Positions 60,466-64,000 of a stretch of DNA of 64,000 bases are shown here, one piece after another. Position numbers and translations under genes: made by a program. Every line of letters starts with the position of its first letter. The first letter of the stretch is position 1. Below the pieces are notes generated by a model. The model made no database searches and was not told where the DNA came from. It worked only from the letters and a program-made list of their open reading frames with translations. This DNA comes from a candidate division WOR-3 bacterium (GTDB lineage: Bacteria; Hydrothermota; Tepidihabitantia; Tepidihabitantales; Tepidihabitantaceae). Location: positions 10,748 through 74,747 of the forward strand of contig CBFGKH010000011.1 in NCBI GenBank assembly GCA_965649295.1, in the 5' to 3' direction.

Positions 60466-63363
60466 CTCGGGCATACCGCCGGTTAGACGCACGGTTTGGT
60501 CAGGGCCAACAATGGTGATGGAGTTCTGCTGGAGGCGGACCTTCAGGAGACCTAGCTGGCGACTACGCACGCGTACGAGCGCAACTGCGAAGAGCGGTTC
60601 AACCGTCGCCGGATATTGACCAAACCGGTCCACTAGCTCAGCCTTCAGTTCAGCTAGTTCGGCCTCGCTCTCCACTGCGAGGAGTCGTTTGTAGATGGCG
60701 ATGCGCTCAAACGGGTCGGTCACGTAGTCATCAGGGAGGCGGGTTGACACGTCGAGGGTGAGTTCGGGTTCATGCGCAATCTCTTCACCTTTCAATCCGG
60801 CCACAGCTTCTTTGAGCATCTGAGTATAGAGGTTGAAGCCCACCCGGGCGATGTGGCCGTGTTGTTCGGTGCCGAGCAGGTTGCCGACGCCGCGGATTTC
60901 CATATCGCGCATCGCCAGTTTGAAGCCAGAGCCGAGCTTGGAATAGGCGAGGAGCGCGGATAGGCGTTTGCGGGCCTCGGGGGTTGTCTCGCGTTGTTCC
61001 GGTATGAGAAAGAGTGCATAGGCCTGTTCCTGAGACCGGCCGACACGGCCACGTAGCTGATGCAAGTCAGCAAGTCCGAAGCGATCGGCCCGGTTGACGA
61101 TGATGGTGTTGACGTTGGGCATGTCGAGACCGGATTCGATGATCGCGGTAGATAGCAGTAGTGGGAAGTCGCCGGCAACGAAACTGAGGTAGGTGTTGGC
61201 CAGAGCCCGACTGGACATCCGGCCATGGCCAATGCCGATGCGCACGCCAGGCACGATGTGCTGCAACTTGCGAGCGATTGATTCGAGCGAACCAATCTCG
61301 TTATGGACAAAGAAGACTTGGCCGCCGCGATCAAGCTCGCGACTGATGTAGTCACGAATCAAGTCGTCATTCCAGGTTGCGACTTCAGTATGGATTTCGC
61401 GGCGACCTGGCGGCGGTGTATTGATCTGGGAGATGTCGCGCAGTCCGGCTAGGCCCATGTAGAGTGTTCGTGGAATTGGGGTAGCGGTAAGGGTAAGGAT
61501 ATCCACCGAAGCCTTGAGGGCACGGATGTGTTCCTTCTGCCGAACGCCGAATTTCTGTTCTTCGTCAATGATAACTAGGCCAAGGTCATGAAAGCGGAGG
61601 TCGGGGTCAAGCAGTTGGTGGGTGCCGATGACGATATCCACGGTACCATCGGCTAGGCCGGCGCGAATGGCGGCCTGCTTGTTAGCCCCGACAAAGCGGG
61701 AGAGCATCTCCACACGCAGTGGGAAGCGGCTGAGCCGACGGCGGAATCCAGCAAAGTGCTGGTAGCAGAGGACCGTCGTCGGCGCGAGAAAGGCCACCTG
61801 CTTGCCTGCAACAGCTGCTTTGAAGGCTGCCCGCAGGGCAATCTCGGTTTTGCCGTAGCCTACGTCACCGCAGACCAATCTGTCCATCGGTTTTGGTTGT
61901 TCCATGTCACGTTTGACCTCGGCCAGTACGCGAAGCTGGTCCTGGGTTTCTCCATAAGGGAAGGATGCCTCCAACTCGGACTGCCAGGGCGTGTCTGGCC
62001 CGAAATTGGTACCACGGGCGATTTGGCGTCGGGCATAGATATCAAGCAGTTCCCGAGCATACTCAGCGCTGGCCCGAGCAGCCTTGGCCTTGGCCATAAG
62101 CCAACTGCGGCTGCCGAGTCGATCCAGCGTCGGCGGAGAATCTTCACTGCCAATGTAGCGGTCGATAAGTCCGAGGTTTTCCACCGGCAGATAGACCCGG
62201 TCGCCGCCGTGATAGGCGAGCACAAGAAAATCTTTCTCCACTTCGCCATGTCGCATTCGACGGGTTCCCTCGAAGCGGCCGACTCCGTAGTCAATGTGAA
62301 CGACGTAGTCACCCGGTCGCAGGGCGACGATGTTGTCCACCGGCAGGCCCTTGAATCTGTGGCGGACAGCCCGCGTTACTGGGTTGCCGTAGATCTCGCG
62401 TTCGGTGACAACTGCCCAGCCAGCAGCCGGACAGGCAAAACCAGCGCTCAATGGCCCAACGCGGTAAGTGGGACGGGGGCCAATCAACATTGCGAGGCGG
62501 TCGCACTGTGCTGCCGAGGCGCAGACTATGTCGGTCTGACGGTAGGTTGATAGCGCGTTCTTGAGCTGCTCGATATTACCAACGAACGAGCCAATCGGAA
62601 CGAAGCCGAGATTGCAGGTCGCGTCGGCCTCACCAGTCAGTTCAATAGTGGTGAAGGCGGGTACAACCGGTCCATCGGTGATGACGATAGCATCTGATGG
62701 CAGTAGGGTTGCTGCTGGGGTGTCTAAGAGCTCAACAGGCCGGCGCGTAGGTAGCGATGATTCGGTGATACGTGCGGTTGAACGTTGTAGTAACGGATCG
62801 AATGTACGCAGTGACTCGACGGTGTCACCGACAAGCTCGACCCGTAGCGGTAGCTCGGACGATTCCGAAAAGACATCAACAATGCCACCGCGGCGAGCAT
62901 ATTCGCCTGGTTCAGTTACTAGGTCGGTTCGTTCATAACCGTTCTCATCCAGCCAGGCATTGATTTGGTCGATGGTGATTCGAGCACCAACCTGCAGTCG
63001 AAACTCGTACTGTTCGTTCTCCGGGGCTGGTGCTGGCCGATTCAGAGCTGGTGCCGGTACGATGATGATGCCGGCCCTGAGCGTAGCAAGCTGGCGGCGC
63101 AGTGCTGGCACGTTGGGGTCGAAGAGGAGTGGCACGGCGCCGGGAGCCAGGACAGTCACATCAGCGAGGGTGGCTCTGGCCGATCGGTCGTCGTCAAGAA
63201 TCAGTACGGTTGTTCGTTCACAAACCGCACGAACTGCAGTTGCAAGTAGTGGAAGCGAGGCCCCAACAAGGCCAGTTGCAGTAACGCGGCTGCCAGGGTT
63301 GAGACGGTTAAGGAGCTCAGCAACTGCTGGCAGTTGCCGGAAGCGATCCAAAAGTTCCTGCAC
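60436..63363 (-). CDS. mfd: Transcription-repair coupling factor
   Basis: RGGIVDVF, GDYVVH..YGVG, GDVGYGKT, DEEQKFG, TATPIPRT, QLRGRVGR and DMEIRG.GNLLG; 975 aa compact form. Confidence 0.95.
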   Translation of the reverse strand: MQELLDRFRQLPAVAELLNRLNPGSRVTATGLVGASLPLLATAVRAVCERTTVLILDDDRSARATLADVTVLAPGAVPLLFDPNVPALRRQLATLRAGIIIVPAPALNRPAPAPENEQYEFRLQVGARITIDQINAWLDENGYERTDLVTEPGEYARRGGIVDVFSESSELPLRVELVGDTVESLRTFDPLLQRSTARITESSLPTRRPVELLDTPAATLLPSDAIVITDGPVVPAFTTIELTGEADATCNLGFVPIGSFVGNIEQLKNALSTYRQTDIVCASAAQCDRLAMLIGPRPTYRVGPLSAGFACPAAGWAVVTEREIYGNPVTRAVRHRFKGLPVDNIVALRPGDYVVHIDYGVGRFEGTRRMRHGEVEKDFLVLAYHGGDRVYLPVENLGLIDRYIGSEDSPPTLDRLGSRSWLMAKAKAARASAEYARELLDIYARRQIARGTNFGPDTPWQSELEASFPYGETQDQLRVLAEVKRDMEQPKPMDRLVCGDVGYGKTEIALRAAFKAAVAGKQVAFLAPTTVLCYQHFAGFRRRLSRFPLRVEMLSRFVGANKQAAIRAGLADGTVDIVIGTHQLLDPDLRFHDLGLVIIDEEQKFGVRQKEHIRALKASVDILTLTATPIPRTLYMGLAGLRDISQINTPPPGRREIHTEVATWNDDLIRDYISRELDRGGQVFFVHNEIGSLESIARKLQHIVPGVRIGIGHGRMSSRALANTYLSFVAGDFPLLLSTAIIESGLDMPNVNTIIVNRADRFGLADLHQLRGRVGRSQEQAYALFLIPEQRETTPEARKRLSALLAYSKLGSGFKLAMRDMEIRGVGNLLGTEQHGHIARVGFNLYTQMLKEAVAGLKGEEIAHEPELTLDVSTRLPDDYVTDPFERIAIYKRLLAVESEAELAELKAELVDRFGQYPATVEPLFAVALVRVRSRQLGLLKVRLQQNSITIVGPDQTVRLTGGMPELLHWLDRGR

Positions 63364-63411
63364 GAAAGTAGAGGGGCGCTGCTGCGCCCCTGCTGGAGGC
63401 GGACTCTGCGG

Positions 63412-63486
63412 CTACTTCTTTACGGTCTTCTTCTTAGCCGGAGTTTTCTTAGTGGTTTTCTTCACTCCGCGATTCATGCAAGGCAT
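63412..63486 (-). CDS. Unannotated 24-aa Lys-rich small protein MPCMNRGVKKTTKKTPAKKKTVKK
   Basis: TTGACA (63534-63529)-16-TAACAT promoter, AGGAGG RBS, ATG 63486, TAG 63412, downstream hairpin 63372-63391. Confidence 0.6.
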   Translation of the reverse strand: MPCMNRGVKKTTKKTPAKKKTVKK

Positions 63487-63677
63487 CGGACCTCCTTTTC
63501 AGGGCCATGTTAGCAGAGGTGCTCATTCTGTCAATTGCGGCGATGGCTAGCCTGCCAGCAGGGTCGTAGGAGTCGTCGCCGGCTTTGTATAGTGCTACCG
63601 CTCTGATCCGACCAAGGCTTTGAGTAGCGACGTTCTGTTGCAATTGTGCCCAGAAACAGATGGTCGCATGTAGCATA

Positions 63678-64000
63678 TGTCAAACTGCAGCAATTCCATA
63701 ATACCGCCACCGCAGTGAAAAACGTCATAAAGAGTCCGTTTCGGGCGACGCTGCGGCCTGTGCTTGTCGGGCAGTTGCACGGCTGCTATCGCCCCGGCCC
63801 GCTCGTGTCGGACGTGGATCGAGCCATCAAACCACTCCTGAACGGAGACCCGGGAACCGGCGATGGCAGTGCTGCGGATGTTGGATTTGAGTTGGTAGCT
63901 GCGTCCGTGGTAGCTGATGGTGTTGTTGTTTTGGATATCGCGGGTTGGACTTGGCGCAGAGGACGGTGCGCAGCTCAAGACCCGCGGGAATCGGTCGGAA
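63678..64000 (-). mobile_element. 3' end of an ISNCY-like insertion sequence with a frameshifted transposase
   Basis: FRPIPAGLELRTVLCAKS then, in another frame, TRDIQNNNTISYHGRSYQL...V.VQEWFDGSIHV; end region TATGACGTTTTTCACTG...GCAGTTTGACA finishing at 63678. Confidence 0.65.

Overview
A 64 kb, mostly core-genome window from a moderately GC-rich, probably anaerobic diderm bacterium. The mix of FlgD/T9SS-like C-terminal domain proteins, C25 peptidases and archaeal-type genes suggests an FCB-related lineage such as WOR-3 (inference only). Housekeeping content: DRG-type GTPase, serA-DUF1015, a four-subunit 2-oxoacid:ferredoxin oxidoreductase, ABC-F/arfB, nfo, queD, tRNA-Arg(CCT), guaB, acs-MFS-malic enzyme, mutL-miaA, metK-ahcY, crotonase-thiolase, tsaE, mfd and a frameshifted ISNCY-like end. 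The most notable item is a ~14 kb tightly coupled operon (28278-42252). It joins poly-gamma-glutamate synthesis genes (pgsB, pgsC, pgsW-like) to a predicted outer-membrane beta-barrel, two beta-propeller proteins and two gingipain-family (C25) proteins whose catalytic His is replaced; this is a candidate diderm PGA export/anchoring system. Other leads are: a lexA-small ORF-dinB cassette with a visible operator; a Cys-less thiolase pair with two DUF35 proteins; dispersed intergenic tracts with 12-nt periodicity; a riboswitch-like acs leader; an orphan JAB protein; and an unannotated Lys-rich 24-aa ORF upstream of mfd. All calls come from reading motifs by eye; no searches were run.
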